A DNA stretch of 64,000 bases, from positions 64,545-128,544 of IMG/VR virus record IMGVR_UViG_3300035208_005087; one strand, written 5' to 3'. Positions within the stretch are counted from its first letter, which is position 1, and every line of letters begins with the position of its first letter. The notes under the pieces were generated by a model. That model was not told where the DNA came from and did not search any database. It saw only the letters and a program-made list of their open reading frames with translations. This document shows positions 17,395-27,819 of the stretch, in pieces. Made by a program: the position numbers and the translations under genes. Source of the stretch: a virus (Duplodnaviria; Caudoviricetes).

Positions 17395-20300
17395 GATTTC
17401 AAGAGGTTCCATTCCTGGAGCCACCCTTTCGCTATGTTCTCCCAGGAGTAGGCGACCGCTTTCTTGTGTGCTTTTTCTGCCCAGTACCAGCGGTAAGGCT
17501 CGTCTGTTAGTGTCTTTATTACTTCCGCTAAAAACTTTTCTTGGTACTCTTTAGTGAAAGACCACTGTGTGGGGTTCACTGTGTCTGGCCCTGTTATGTA
17601 TATACCAGCCTCCCCCACTGTAGTCAACAACCCTGCTAAAGGGGTTGTTACTATAGCATTCTGGGCCAAGCCTGCTTCCACCGCGGATATACAAAAGGTC
17701 TCTGTGAACCACGTAGGATATGCCCAAACTTTGGCCTTCTTCTGGTACTCAGCAAGTTCCTTCTTAGAAACTCTACCTACATACTTCACACCCGGTTGGT
17801 CTAAGAGTCCTTTCAGTTTCTCGATCCTTGCTAGCTCTTCAGCGTTGTTCCTGGCCAGGGCCGCCTTTTCCCAATTCTCAAAGCCGTATGCAACCACTAA
17901 TTCAAAGTCTGGCACCTCTTTAAGGATTTGAGGGACCATACCCAGCAACTGCAATAACCCTCTATCAGGAGATGAGCTGTAAACCGCCATGTTCTTCTTC
18001 TCTAATATGGGCACCTGGGCATACAGTTCTTGTCTTACGCCATTGGCCGTCAAAAACAATTGCTCTTGGGGTATCCCGTGATGCCTGTGCACAAACTCTT
18101 TATGCCATTCACTCAAAACACCATACTTTTTAACAGCCCATTTTTTTACATCGTAGTTTTTGTCCTGGTTCAACCAAATGTCATGTACCATTACATCTAC
18201 CCTTCCAGCATGGAGCTTACCCTGGTTATACAAATCACAGGATCTTGATAACAGAAGGAAGTCTACGTGTAAATGTTGGGACCACTCAAAGTACTTACTG
18301 TAATGCAGGTAGGTTACTCCGTCCTTATCTTTTGCCCCATCCTCCACACAGTCGTTGAACACATACGTATCCGCACCCGTCTTACTAAACTCTGCCGCCA
18401 ACTCCGCAGCCCATGTTTCAGAACCCGCCATACCTCTCTCAACAGTGTCCCTGTCCCATTTTTCCCATGCAGGACCTGTAAATATTACCACCCTAGGCTT
18501 CTTCCACTTTTCCTGATAAAGCCAGTGATTATATTTATCCTCTTTGTCGTATTCCTCTTTACCTTCACTTTGATAAGCCCCTCGACTTATACCACCAAAG
18601 TGGAAAACAAATGAATCTATAGCCTGCCCGGTGCGGTAGTTCATCTTTTTTAACCGCCGACAGTGGTCTAGATCCTCGCAACCGTTCTTATATAAAGGAT
18701 CCAATTCTCCTACTTCAAGCCACGCCGACCGTGCAAATATTGTGGCATAGTAAGCTACCCACGGCTGCTCTCTGAACTGCCCATGTAGCGCACCATTAGA
18801 GCGTTCCATAAACTCATTTAGTTCTGCTAAGTGAGGGTTTATCTGGGGTATTGTCATGGCAGGTACTAACTCTAAACCAGCCTTCTGTAACCGCATCGGG
18901 TAATTAGGAGTCCCTTCTGTCCCGTGTAACCACCCCCTGTCACAGTTAGACAGAACACCGCATGCTGCTAACCTATCCTCTCTGTCCATTTTAGCAGCCA
19001 AGTTATCTAACCAACCCTTAGAAACAATTACATCTGAGTTTAATACCACAAAGTATTTGCCTGCACCGGACATATTTACACCGGCATTCACCGCTTGGGA
19101 AAAATTCTTTCTTTCACCCCTCTTACCTAATACAGTCACACCCTCTAAGGAGTCTAAGTACTGCCAAGTCTCTTCCCCCGAACCCGCATCAGATAAGATA
19201 ATGTGATAGGGGTGATCCGTATTCGCACGTATGCTCTTTACACATTCTTTGAGGTACGGCACCTCATTGTATACGGGGACTATGATGGGGATAGCTGGTT
19301 TTGGTCCTTCTTCTACAGCTTTAGGGGTTATAACTTCTCGGGGTTCCCAAGATGTGAGAACTTTATCCCATTTATCAGCGATGGCCTCTATAGAATACCC
19401 TTGTACGCTATCTTTCCCATTCATGCCTATCTGTATCCTTTTATATACATCTTTTAACTCTACTAATGCTGCATACCAGTCTTCGGGGTTGTCACAAAGA
19501 TAACCGTTTTCCTTATGCTTTATAAAGTCTAGATATGCCGGTAGTTTTGAGGCTATGACCGGGATACCTAAGGCCATGGCCTGGGCTGCCTTGATATTGG
19601 ATTTTGCGGGCTGCTCTTTTACTCTTTGTGGGCACAGTACTACATGGGCACTTTTCATAACATCTTGCCAACCTTCCAAGCTCCACGGGACTGTCGCATT
19701 TTCCCATTCGGTACAAACCTCTAGCTCATACCCTGCCTCTGTTATAGTGTCCTTTAAGTACTCTGTCACTAGGTAGGAATTACCTCCCATACCTATGAAC
19801 AAAGCTTTTAACTTTTCCTGACCTTGCAAGTAATTGTAGGGCTCCCCCTCTAACGGTTCATAGGCGTCCTCTATCACCGTAACTTTCTTTGCATACGGTT
19901 TTGCCATTTTTGCTAATTCTTTTGAACAGCATACCACTCCGTCAGCTAAGGATAACATTTCCGCTACATTGGTGATACCTATCACCCCCTCGTTAAAATC
20001 GAAAAGGACGAGGATGCCTTGCTCCTGCAACTTTTTTACTAGCTCCATATCCACTGGACTGTACGAGCTGAAGATAGCTATGTCCAAAGTGTCCTTAGCT
20101 TTTGCTACTACGGTGTCTACGGGGACTCTGTGATAATTACTGTGTACATCCGCAGCGTACCCCCTCTTCTTCATCTCTAACAGTAAGTTTAATCTTCGTA
20201 TTCTTTGTGAGGGGTATTCTGGTACTATGACTTCCTCAAAGAAGCCTATTCTATACTGGGACAAAGGGCCTGTCTTTCCTTGAGGGGTTTCTTTAGCTTT

Positions 20301-21452
20301 CCTTAACTTCTCTTGTAGATAGTTCACGTTGCCTACGTACGCCGCGCTACCCGGGCTAATCTCTAGGAATTTTTGCGCACAGAGAAGCGCCCGCTCCACA
20401 TTGTTAGTCTCATCATACAAGAACATTAGTTTCTCTAGTGGTTTTTTATTGTAGTATGAGGGGTCCGCTGCAAAAAGGCCATCTGCTTTTTTAGTCAATG
20501 CTTTTTCTAGATACTGTATCGCCTTGTTCTTATCTTTACTTAAATGTACTTCTATGTCAGCAAGGAGCACATACACCTCTGCGTACTCTTCACTGATAGT
20601 GAGAGCTTTTAGCAGGGTCTCCCTTGCTGCTCCTAAATCTTGTTTTTCTTTGAGATACCTAGCAAATCGTATATGTGCTTGTATCCGATTCTGGTAATAG
20701 TCATTGGGGCCGTTCAGGTACTCTTTTAGGGCCTTGATAGATTTTTCCCTCTCTCCCGAATCAAAAAGATCTTTTACATAATAAAAGATATTTCTGGGGG
20801 AGGCTTTCCCACTACCATAAAGCTTTTCCAAAATACGTAGATTTCTGTCAGTGTGTGTGGTTTTAATGCGCCTATGCTCTACACTAATGTCAAACCTTTC
20901 TAAATGGGGCACATTTGAATATATTGGAAGATATTCATGTATAGGGTCGCACCATCGGTACACTGGATCATTTAATGTGATTCTTTCCCTAGGTAAGGTC
21001 AGTAACACTTTGTCTCCCGACCATGAGTAATTATAATTCATTAGCACATAGTGCACCTGGCATTTTTCCAAAACACTACTTTTCAAATCTTGCAATTTAC
21101 GGTATGCCTCTACACTTAATTCATCATCAGCGTCTAACCACATGATGTACTTACCTTTCGCCTGGTCGTAACAGTAATTTCTTGCAGCCGAGAAATCATC
21201 TACCCACTTAAAGAAGGGAGTCCTTGCTGCATACTTTTTGGCCACGGCCTCTACTTGTGTATCTTCGTGTGTCCTTGTTACTATTATCTCGTCAAACAAA
21301 GAACCTTGGGTACTTCTTAGACATCTCTCTAATTCTACCTGTTCCTCTTTACCCACTATGATGCACAGGGATAATAGCGTGTCCCCCTTAGTTTTTGCCA
21401 CGGTATTCCTCACATTTCTCGTTTTTTTCTTACGATGTTTAGCAGCACTCAC
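17391..21452 (-). CDS. Multidomain glycosyltransferase: GT2 - TPR - GT4-like - GT2 - GT4
   Basis: GT2 #1 DDFSAARN..WLDADDEL; TPR-like helices ~aa 200-385; GT-B KSNIKAAQAMALGIPVIAS; GT2 #2 IIVPVYNE..VLNSDVIV..GCEDLDHC; GT4 YSSSPDRGL..ETFCISAVEA. Confidence 0.9.
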   Translation of the reverse strand: MSAAKHRKKKTRNVRNTVAKTKGDTLLSLCIIVGKEEQVELERCLRSTQGSLFDEIIVTRTHEDTQVEAVAKKYAARTPFFKWVDDFSAARNYCYDQAKGKYIMWLDADDELSVEAYRKLQDLKSSVLEKCQVHYVLMNYNYSWSGDKVLLTLPRERITLNDPVYRWCDPIHEYLPIYSNVPHLERFDISVEHRRIKTTHTDRNLRILEKLYGSGKASPRNIFYYVKDLFDSGEREKSIKALKEYLNGPNDYYQNRIQAHIRFARYLKEKQDLGAARETLLKALTISEEYAEVYVLLADIEVHLSKDKNKAIQYLEKALTKKADGLFAADPSYYNKKPLEKLMFLYDETNNVERALLCAQKFLEISPGSAAYVGNVNYLQEKLRKAKETPQGKTGPLSQYRIGFFEEVIVPEYPSQRIRRLNLLLEMKKRGYAADVHSNYHRVPVDTVVAKAKDTLDIAIFSSYSPVDMELVKKLQEQGILVLFDFNEGVIGITNVAEMLSLADGVVCCSKELAKMAKPYAKKVTVIEDAYEPLEGEPYNYLQGQEKLKALFIGMGGNSYLVTEYLKDTITEAGYELEVCTEWENATVPWSLEGWQDVMKSAHVVLCPQRVKEQPAKSNIKAAQAMALGIPVIASKLPAYLDFIKHKENGYLCDNPEDWYAALVELKDVYKRIQIGMNGKDSVQGYSIEAIADKWDKVLTSWEPREVITPKAVEEGPKPAIPIIVPVYNEVPYLKECVKSIRANTDHPYHIILSDAGSGEETWQYLDSLEGVTVLGKRGERKNFSQAVNAGVNMSGAGKYFVVLNSDVIVSKGWLDNLAAKMDREDRLAACGVLSNCDRGWLHGTEGTPNYPMRLQKAGLELVPAMTIPQINPHLAELNEFMERSNGALHGQFREQPWVAYYATIFARSAWLEVGELDPLYKNGCEDLDHCRRLKKMNYRTGQAIDSFVFHFGGISRGAYQSEGKEEYDKEDKYNHWLYQEKWKKPRVVIFTGPAWEKWDRDTVERGMAGSETWAAELAAEFSKTGADTYVFNDCVEDGAKDKDGVTYLHYSKYFEWSQHLHVDFLLLSRSCDLYNQGKLHAGRVDVMVHDIWLNQDKNYDVKKWAVKKYGVLSEWHKEFVHRHHGIPQEQLFLTANGVRQELYAQVPILEKKNMAVYSSSPDRGLLQLLGMVPQILKEVPDFELVVAYGFENWEKAALARNNAEELARIEKLKGLLDQPGVKYVGRVSKKELAEYQKKAKVWAYPTWFTETFCISAVEAGLAQNAIVTTPLAGLLTTVGEAGIYITGPDTVNPTQWSFTKEYQEKFLAEVIKTLTDEPYRWYWAEKAHKKAVAYSWENIAKGWLQEWNLLKS

Positions 21453-21619
21453 GATATCCCTCGCATTTCTCGTTTTTTTCTTTCGACAAAATCGGCCAGG
21501 GCTACCCTTGCCTCCTCGGCAGGATCTGTCATTCTTTCCTTAGCATAGCCCCCAAACCACTCCTTTACTTCAGGAGAAACCCTTAACGACCACACTACTT
21601 TTTTGTTTTTGACGCTCAT
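21449..21619 (-). CDS. Ribbon-helix-helix (CopG/Arc-like) DNA-binding protein
   Basis: From ATG 21619, 56 aa: KVVWSLRV (strand) SPEVKEWFGGYAKE (helix A) RMTDPAEEARVALADFV (helix B). Stop overlaps the GTG of the glycosyltransferase (GTGA). Confidence 0.7.
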   Translation of the reverse strand: MSVKNKKVVWSLRVSPEVKEWFGGYAKERMTDPAEEARVALADFVERKKREMRGIS

Positions 21620-21641
21620 ATGTATACCATGGTATACATAT
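21618..21641. promoter_or_regulatory. Perfect 24-bp palindrome, candidate RHH operator
   Basis: ATATGTATACCA|TGGTATACATAT between the late motif and the RHH start codon. Confidence 0.7.
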
Positions 21642-21652
21642 TTATAGATTAT
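21640..21652 (-). promoter_or_regulatory. Candidate late promoter (1 mismatch)
   Basis: ATAATCTATAAAT, abutting the palindrome. Confidence 0.6.
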
Positions 21653-21665
21653 TAGGGGACCTGTG

Positions 21666-22274
21666 TTAGCCCATGTATGTGATGACATCCGCAGCAGCTA
21701 GCAGCTGCTCGTACTTTACCATTCGTTGCTCTGTTAAGAAGTCATCACGAGGAGTTACCCTTAGTACTATCCGTGCTTCATCAAAGGACCCTGTCATGAC
21801 TAAGGGTATCAGATTCATGGTTGCTTGTGCTATGCCCATACCCGATTGGGAGTCTAGATCCGAGGTTATACATTCCTGCCGAAACAAGGAGATAAACTCA
21901 AAGCCCACCTTGACGTTGTAAGCTACCTCGTCCGCAGGTGTATATACATTATTTAATCGCATACAGTTGTTATTCATCTCTATCTCATACCTGGATTGGT
22001 TTACCGCTTCTCCGAAGAAGTCTATGACCTCGTGCGACGCATAGTCATCTAGTATGCTATGAGACTCTGTTAACCAGTAATTCTTATTGTTATACACGCA
22101 GACCGAGTCTACATAACAAACCCTACTTATATAACTCATATCTTCTATTCTCCTTAGGTACAGATAAGGGGTATGGTCTGTTATCCCGTATGAAACCAAG
22201 AACTGCTTTGCTAGGGCTATGGTGTCAAAAGCCCCTAAAATTTTGGATGTAGATTGTTTCATTAAATATATCAT
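21666..22274 (-). CDS. Hypothetical protein, possibly fibre-associated or chaperone
   Basis: Likely start is ATG 22274, overlapping the upstream stop (ATGA) with a GGAGG RBS; last gene of the collagen operon. Confidence 0.55.
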   Translation of the reverse strand: MIYLMKQSTSKILGAFDTIALAKQFLVSYGITDHTPYLYLRRIEDMSYISRVCYVDSVCVYNNKNYWLTESHSILDDYASHEVIDFFGEAVNQSRYEIEMNNNCMRLNNVYTPADEVAYNVKVGFEFISLFRQECITSDLDSQSGMGIAQATMNLIPLVMTGSFDEARIVLRVTPRDDFLTEQRMVKYEQLLAAADVITYMG

Positions 22275-22846
22275 AAGGCCTCCACTTTTAGGTACAGTGT
22301 GGACGAGGTGCTTACAAAGGGTTCGCAGGTGTCGCCCGTTAACGACCACCCCAGAACGGTCGCCCCTGCCCCGGAGTCATCACGAGCACTGGCTGCCGTT
22401 CTGTACGTCATATACCTTTCTCCTAGCCCTAAATAGTAGGAAGTACCTCCTACAAGAGTCGGGCCTGTTCCTCCAAATGTTTTTGTGTGTATGTAAGACG
22501 CATCCCCCTCTATAGTATCTCCTACGACTGCCGACACTCCTGTCATACCCATTTGCGAAAAAACCATAGTCCGGTTCGCATTATACACCGCTACTACATA
22601 ATTAAAATGAGGGGGGGTGTTGCTGTGTATCATACTGAAAGCCTCTAATGTCATCGTCGATGCCGGTGTGTACTCTACCATGAATACACTGTCCGTCACG
22701 AAGGGCTGCCAACTGTCTGCGCTAGCGCCCCCTTTTTGCCACAACAAATTATCCCCCATCCATACGTGAGAGATGTCATTGGGCCCTAGCACTATCTCAC
22801 TAGTTTCAACAAAGGAGTTTATCACTACGTTACTGGTGTCTGCCAT
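22271..22846 (-). CDS. Putative fibre-tip/receptor-binding protein
   Basis: N-terminal IVLGPNDISHVWMGDNLLWQ resembles the adaptor motif of distal fibre proteins; follows the collagen gene. Confidence 0.5.
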   Translation of the reverse strand: MADTSNVVINSFVETSEIVLGPNDISHVWMGDNLLWQKGGASADSWQPFVTDSVFMVEYTPASTMTLEAFSMIHSNTPPHFNYVVAVYNANRTMVFSQMGMTGVSAVVGDTIEGDASYIHTKTFGGTGPTLVGGTSYYLGLGERYMTYRTAASARDDSGAGATVLGWSLTGDTCEPFVSTSSTLYLKVEAL

Positions 22847-22850
22847 GACA

Positions 22851-25800
22851 TTACCCTACTAAGAAGTATAACCTTCCTGCGACCCTGCTTCCTACTTCCG
22901 GCAGGGTCGTCACCACCTCGATACTCGTCACGACGTTAGTCCCCGCTACATTTGCTATGGGGCCTACACCCGTGCTGCCCTGTAAACCTGTGGCGCCCTG
23001 GTTTCCTTGAGTACCTTGTGTTCCTTGGATACCTGTGACACCCTGGGTACCTTGCAATCCTTGTATACCTGTTGCACCTTGGATTCCCTGAGTACCTTGC
23101 AACCCTTGAACACCTGTTGCACCTTGATTTCCCTGAGTACCCTGTGTTCCTTGGATACCTGTTGCACCTTGATTTCCCTGAGTACCTTGCAACCCTTGAA
23201 CACCTGTTGCACCTTGGATGCCTTGAGTACCTTGTATGCCTTGTAAACCGGTTACACCTTGGATTCCTTGGATTCCTTGTAAACCAGTTTCACCTTGTGT
23301 GCCTTGTAAACCAGTTACACCTTGGATCCCCTGGATTCCTTGTGAACCAGTCTCGCCTTGTGTGCCTTGAGACCCTTGTAAACCGGTTACACCTTGGATT
23401 CCATGTAAACCGGTTACACCTTGGATTCCTTGTAAACCAGTTACACCTTGGATCCCTTGGGTTCCTTGTGAACCAGTTTCGCCTTGTGTGCCTTGAGACC
23501 CTTGTAAACCAGTCTCGCCTTGTGTGCCTTGGATTCCTTGTAAACCAGTTTCGCCTTGAATGCCTTGTAAACCCGTTACACCTTGGATGCCTTGAGTACC
23601 TTGTAAACCAGTTTCGCCTTGTAAACCAGTTACACCTTGGATGCCTTGGGTTCCTTGTGAACCAGTTTCGCCTTGGATACCTTGAGACCCTTGTAAACCC
23701 GTTACACCTTGGGTTCCTTGTAAACCGGTTACACCTTGGGTTCCTTGTGAACCAGTTTCGCCTCGGATTCCTTGAGTACCTTGTAAACCGGTCTCACCTT
23801 GGGTTCCTTGTAAACCGGTTACACCTTGGGTTCCTTGTAAACCGGTTACACCTTGGGTTCCTTGGATGCCTTGTAAACCAGTTACTCCTTGGATGCCTTG
23901 AACACCTTGTAAACCAGTAGCACCTTGGGTTCCTTGGATTCCTTGTGAACCAGTTTCGCCTTGGATTCCTTGAGCACCTTGTAAACCGGTCTCACCTTGG
24001 GTTCCTTGTAAACCGGTTACACCTTGAGTTCCTTGGATGCCTTGTAAACCGGTTTCACCTTGGATGCCTTGAACACCTTGTAAACCAGTAGCACCTTGGG
24101 CGCCCGTGTCTCCTTGAACGCCTTGTGTACCAGTTTCACCTTGCGTCCCCTGAGCACCTATGGCACCTTGCGTCCCTTGTAAACCTGTTACCCCTTGAGG
24201 CCCTTGTATTTTTCCTACACTTTGCCACCCCGAGGAACTGTATACGTAACCTTCACCATCCTCGTCTAAAACGAGATAAAGATCTCCTAGCTCTGGATCA
24301 ACAATTGAAGCTAAATCACTAAAGGTAGATACCGCTCCCTTTAGTGTTACCGATGTCCCATCCTGCCCCTGTAACCCCTGAGGACCTGTCTCACCCTGTG
24401 TACCAGTTTCACCTTGTAAACCTGTGGCACCTGTTTCTCCCTGTGTACCTGCTGCACCCGTTTCTCCTTGGACACCTTGAGCGCCTGTCCCCCCTTGTTC
24501 CCCCTGTACACCTTGTAAACCAGTTTCGCCTTGGAGACCAGTGGTTCCTTGAACACCCTGGAGACCCTGTAGGCCAGTTTCCCCTCGAGTACCCTGAGCG
24601 CCTGTCTCGCCTTGTACACCTTGGAGACCCGTTTCTCCCTGGAGACCAGCATCCCCTTGGATCCCTTGTATACCTGTTTCTCCTTGATTACCTTGTAAAC
24701 CTGTTACACCTTGATCTCCCTGTTCCCCTTGGAGTCCAGTTTCTCCTTGAATACCTTGTAAACCTGTTATGCCTTGAATACCTTGTAGACCCGTCTCACC
24801 TTGGTTGCCTTGGGTTCCTTGTATACCAGTTTCGCCTTGTAAGCCAGTTACACCTTGGATACCCTGTACACCGGTTTCTCCTTGAACACCCTGTACGCCA
24901 GTCGCACCTTGGATACCTGTGCCCCCTTGGAGGCCTTGTACCCCTTGCTCACCTTGGGCGCCCGTTTCGCCTTGAGTACCCTGTAGACCGGTCTCACCTT
25001 GTTCACCTTGGGTTCCTTGTAAACCAGTGACACCTTGAAGGCCTTGTGTACCAGTTACACCTTGTTCACCTTGGGTACCCTGTAGACCAGTGACACCTTG
25101 AGTACCCTGTAGACCGGTCTCTCCCTGGGCACCTGTGTCTCCCTGGGCACCTTGCGTCCCCTGAGCACCTGTGGCACCTTGCGTCCCTTGTAAACCTGTT
25201 ACCCCTTGAGGCCCTTGTATTTTTCCTACACTTTGCCACCCCGAGGAACTGTATACGTAACCTTCACCATCCTCGTCTAAAACGAGATAAAGATCTCCTA
25301 GCTCTGGATCAACAATTGAAGCTAAATCACTAAAGGTAGATACCGCTCCCTTTAGTGTTACCGATGTCCCATCCTGCCCCTGTAACCCCTGAGGACCTGT
25401 CTCACCCTGTGTACCAGTTTCACCTTGTAAACCTGTGGCACCTTGTGCCCCTATTTCACCTTGTAGACCTTGGGCCCCTGTCTCGCCCTGAGCTCCTGTA
25501 GTCCCTAACTCACCTTGGGCCCCTGTCTCGCCCTGATCACCTTGTAGACCTTGGGCCCCTGTCTCTCCTTGAATCCCCTGGATACCTGTGTGTCCTTGAG
25601 CTCCTTGAGTACCGGTGACACCTGATGCCCCCGTTTCACCCTGTAGACCTTGGGCACCCGTTTCTCCTTGAGGACCAGCGAGGCCCGTGGGACCTTGTAA
25701 ACCTGTACCCCCTTGCGCACCTGTTTCTCCTTGTACCCCTGTTTCTCCTTGTATACCCGTAGGCCCTGCAGGCCCCGTTATACCTCCAGAGGGCGAAGCT

Positions 25801-26024
25801 CCTGTAAACCCTTGTACAGCACCTTGTACCCAAGACCGGCCATCATAGTATTCTAAGGTCCCTGTAGGGTCCCCCAAATCGCTTTTGTGTAAAACAACGT
25901 ATCCTTCTTCAGCAACAAGGGCGTCCCTTTGCACCGTATCCACCACGGGTACCTTCAGGATCTCGCCCTTGTGTTTCATATTTAACGTTTTCACAACAAA
26001 CACCTCTTGAGTAACTGTACTCAA
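22851..26024 (-). CDS. Collagen-like (Gly-X-Y) fibre protein, GxQ/GxT-rich, with two identical knuckle domains
   Basis: Several hundred residues of G-X-Y triplets; duplicated [21 protein letters not shown] insert; C-terminal [14 protein letters not shown]. Start uncertain. Confidence 0.92.
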   Translation of the reverse strand: MSTVTQEVFVVKTLNMKHKGEILKVPVVDTVQRDALVAEEGYVVLHKSDLGDPTGTLEYYDGRSWVQGAVQGFTGASPSGGITGPAGPTGIQGETGVQGETGAQGGTGLQGPTGLAGPQGETGAQGLQGETGASGVTGTQGAQGHTGIQGIQGETGAQGLQGDQGETGAQGELGTTGAQGETGAQGLQGEIGAQGATGLQGETGTQGETGPQGLQGQDGTSVTLKGAVSTFSDLASIVDPELGDLYLVLDEDGEGYVYSSSGWQSVGKIQGPQGVTGLQGTQGATGAQGTQGAQGDTGAQGETGLQGTQGVTGLQGTQGEQGVTGTQGLQGVTGLQGTQGEQGETGLQGTQGETGAQGEQGVQGLQGGTGIQGATGVQGVQGETGVQGIQGVTGLQGETGIQGTQGNQGETGLQGIQGITGLQGIQGETGLQGEQGDQGVTGLQGNQGETGIQGIQGDAGLQGETGLQGVQGETGAQGTRGETGLQGLQGVQGTTGLQGETGLQGVQGEQGGTGAQGVQGETGAAGTQGETGATGLQGETGTQGETGPQGLQGQDGTSVTLKGAVSTFSDLASIVDPELGDLYLVLDEDGEGYVYSSSGWQSVGKIQGPQGVTGLQGTQGAIGAQGTQGETGTQGVQGDTGAQGATGLQGVQGIQGETGLQGIQGTQGVTGLQGTQGETGLQGAQGIQGETGSQGIQGTQGATGLQGVQGIQGVTGLQGIQGTQGVTGLQGTQGVTGLQGTQGETGLQGTQGIRGETGSQGTQGVTGLQGTQGVTGLQGSQGIQGETGSQGTQGIQGVTGLQGETGLQGTQGIQGVTGLQGIQGETGLQGIQGTQGETGLQGSQGTQGETGSQGTQGIQGVTGLQGIQGVTGLHGIQGVTGLQGSQGTQGETGSQGIQGIQGVTGLQGTQGETGLQGIQGIQGVTGLQGIQGTQGIQGATGVQGLQGTQGNQGATGIQGTQGTQGNQGATGVQGLQGTQGIQGATGIQGLQGTQGVTGIQGTQGTQGNQGATGLQGSTGVGPIANVAGTNVVTSIEVVTTLPEVGSRVAGRLYFLVG
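24137..25443. repeat. 296-bp direct repeat (24137..24432 and 25148..25443) within a 9-bp-period collagen array
   Basis: Copies offset by 1011 bp; one mismatch seen (24160 a vs 25171 g). Confidence 0.9.
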
Positions 26025-26036
26025 GACGGTACGCCC

Positions 26037-26049
26037 ATTAATACATTAT
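26037..26049 (-). promoter_or_regulatory. Candidate late promoter (1 mismatch)
   Basis: ATAATGTATTAAT just upstream of the collagen gene. Confidence 0.5.
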
Positions 26050-26057
26050 TCTGGGGA

Positions 26058-27170
26058 TTATAGCGTGCTTCTTTTGAATACTACCTGCAGCTCTCCGGCT
26101 GTTAAATTCTCTACTAACACTCTAGTTTTCTCATTCACTTCATCTGTACTTATATTGAAAAAAGGTGCAACCCCTAGCTGTGAAAAGACTTGGTCATCAG
26201 GAGGTACCCCGCCCCGCGCTAAGACATTAAAGTAGAAGCACGATTGATTCGCACCCCCGCTTATAGCCATGAAGTAAGAAAGGGCATTATAATTTTCTGT
26301 AGTGACTGTGTCCACTACCGACGTCCCCCCTGCGGGTACCGTTGTGGACACGACGGTTTCTGGCGGTATAGGAGGGTCTTCATTAGCAGCCACCACCGTT
26401 ACTTGCCATTCCCCTGAAATCTCTTCCTCCGCTCCAACAAAAGATACCGATACGGTGTTTAACCCCACCCTTGTGATTTCTGTAGGCAGTATCAACTGAT
26501 GGTTGTCATCATACACCTGTACCACTACATTAAGGGTATTGAGCATATGTTCTACCTCTAAGATACCTGCCACTAGACCCCCTTCCCGGAAACTTCGTGC
26601 ATACGAAAAAATGGCCTGAGGCTCTACCTTCTCCCCTAGTATTTGTACACTCCACGAACCCGTTAAAGGAGCCCCTCCCGCTACAGACACTTTTACCCTA
26701 TTAGGGTCCAAAATATCTATGGAAGAGGGGAGGGTAAGATTAAGGTTATTGTCAAAAACTTGGACAAACACACCCTCTGACCCTATATTATGTACAAAAG
26801 TAATGTCCTCCTCTGGGGAGATGTCCGACTGTGTGAAGTTCTGAGTAAACGAACGTATTTGACGGGTGCCCCCCGTACTGGACAAAATCGTTACCCGCCA
26901 CTCCCCATTGATCCCGTCCGCCCCTGTCAGATCTATATCCACTATGCTATTACTTACTATGCGTATCTCTGTGGGTAATACCATCTGGTTATTTTCATCA
27001 TACACCTGGGCTACTACCGACCGTGTATTAAAAGGGTGCTGCACTCTGTAAATATCGTTGACGACCATGTCACTTTTAAAAAGACTGGTATAGGCACCTA
27101 CCTGGTCCCCTACCACAGACACCCCCGTTGAGATGCCCATCCTGTTACTTTGCTGAAAACCTAAAAGCAT
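26058..27170 (-). CDS. Structural protein with three internal ~85-aa repeats
   Basis: Three copies of HxxNT..VxxQVYDxNxQxxLPTEI...WxVxI. Confidence 0.7.
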   Translation of the reverse strand: MLLGFQQSNRMGISTGVSVVGDQVGAYTSLFKSDMVVNDIYRVQHPFNTRSVVAQVYDENNQMVLPTEIRIVSNSIVDIDLTGADGINGEWRVTILSSTGGTRQIRSFTQNFTQSDISPEEDITFVHNIGSEGVFVQVFDNNLNLTLPSSIDILDPNRVKVSVAGGAPLTGSWSVQILGEKVEPQAIFSYARSFREGGLVAGILEVEHMLNTLNVVVQVYDDNHQLILPTEITRVGLNTVSVSFVGAEEEISGEWQVTVVAANEDPPIPPETVVSTTVPAGGTSVVDTVTTENYNALSYFMAISGGANQSCFYFNVLARGGVPPDDQVFSQLGVAPFFNISTDEVNEKTRVLVENLTAGELQVVFKRSTL

Positions 27171-27187
27171 CGCTCCTGTCCCCTTTC

Positions 27188-27802
27188 TTAGAAGTGTACC
27201 ACTATTCGGGCATCTACTATACCACCTCCAGTAACTAGGGAGACTCCCATATCCTTCGGTATATGTCTATAAATCGTGTAGTACGTCTTCGGATGGACCG
27301 GCATACTTTTCTGAGGAGTGGCGTCCACCCCTGTGATATCTACATAAAGGACTTCCTCTTCGGAGTTGTTAAAAAACTCGATGAAGAATACATCCTGTGT
27401 AAAAAGCAGTCTTTGTACGTTGGCACCAATAAACCTAGATAAATTTTCCGAAGATACTATAGGGCTCTGAGATGTCCCTGCATCCACCTTTTGGTCTGCA
27501 TTGGAGGGGACCATCCGTGAAGGCCCCATAGCGCTCTCTACTCCCGAAGGATCTACACCCCTAAGTGCTATGTAAAAGGTATCTGATTCCGCTAGACCTT
27601 TGGCACTTCTTAAAAAAGAGCACCCCGATAATTTCTTTCCCCGAATGCTCTGGTTAGGGACTTTTTGAACGATTACCGAAAAAGTCCCTTCCTCCCCTGT
27701 CATGGAGAGATACACATCGAAGTATTTGTAATCGGGCTGAACATCCCACACTAAGTCTATGGTTTTGTTCTTTGAATAAATCTGCGCCACTGGTACGGCC
27801 AT
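27188..27802 (-). CDS. Fn3-like structural protein
   Basis: IDLVWD..YFDVYLS..FYIALRGVDPSGVES. Confidence 0.6.
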   Translation of the reverse strand: MAVPVAQIYSKNKTIDLVWDVQPDYKYFDVYLSMTGEEGTFSVIVQKVPNQSIRGKKLSGCSFLRSAKGLAESDTFYIALRGVDPSGVESAMGPSRMVPSNADQKVDAGTSQSPIVSSENLSRFIGANVQRLLFTQDVFFIEFFNNSEEEVLYVDITGVDATPQKSMPVHPKTYYTIYRHIPKDMGVSLVTGGGIVDARIVVHF

Positions 27803-27819
27803 TACTAGTTACCTCTAAA

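Noticed and set aside
22960-25790. Dense short repeats resembling a CRISPR array or satellite
   Set aside because: They have 9-bp codon periodicity inside a Gly-X-Y ORF, with no constant repeat and unique spacer structure and no cas genes.
23007-25833. Alternative-frame and antisense ORFs over the collagen gene (e.g. 23072..23920 +, 24344..25030 +)
   Set aside because: Shadow frames of the repetitive collagen codons.
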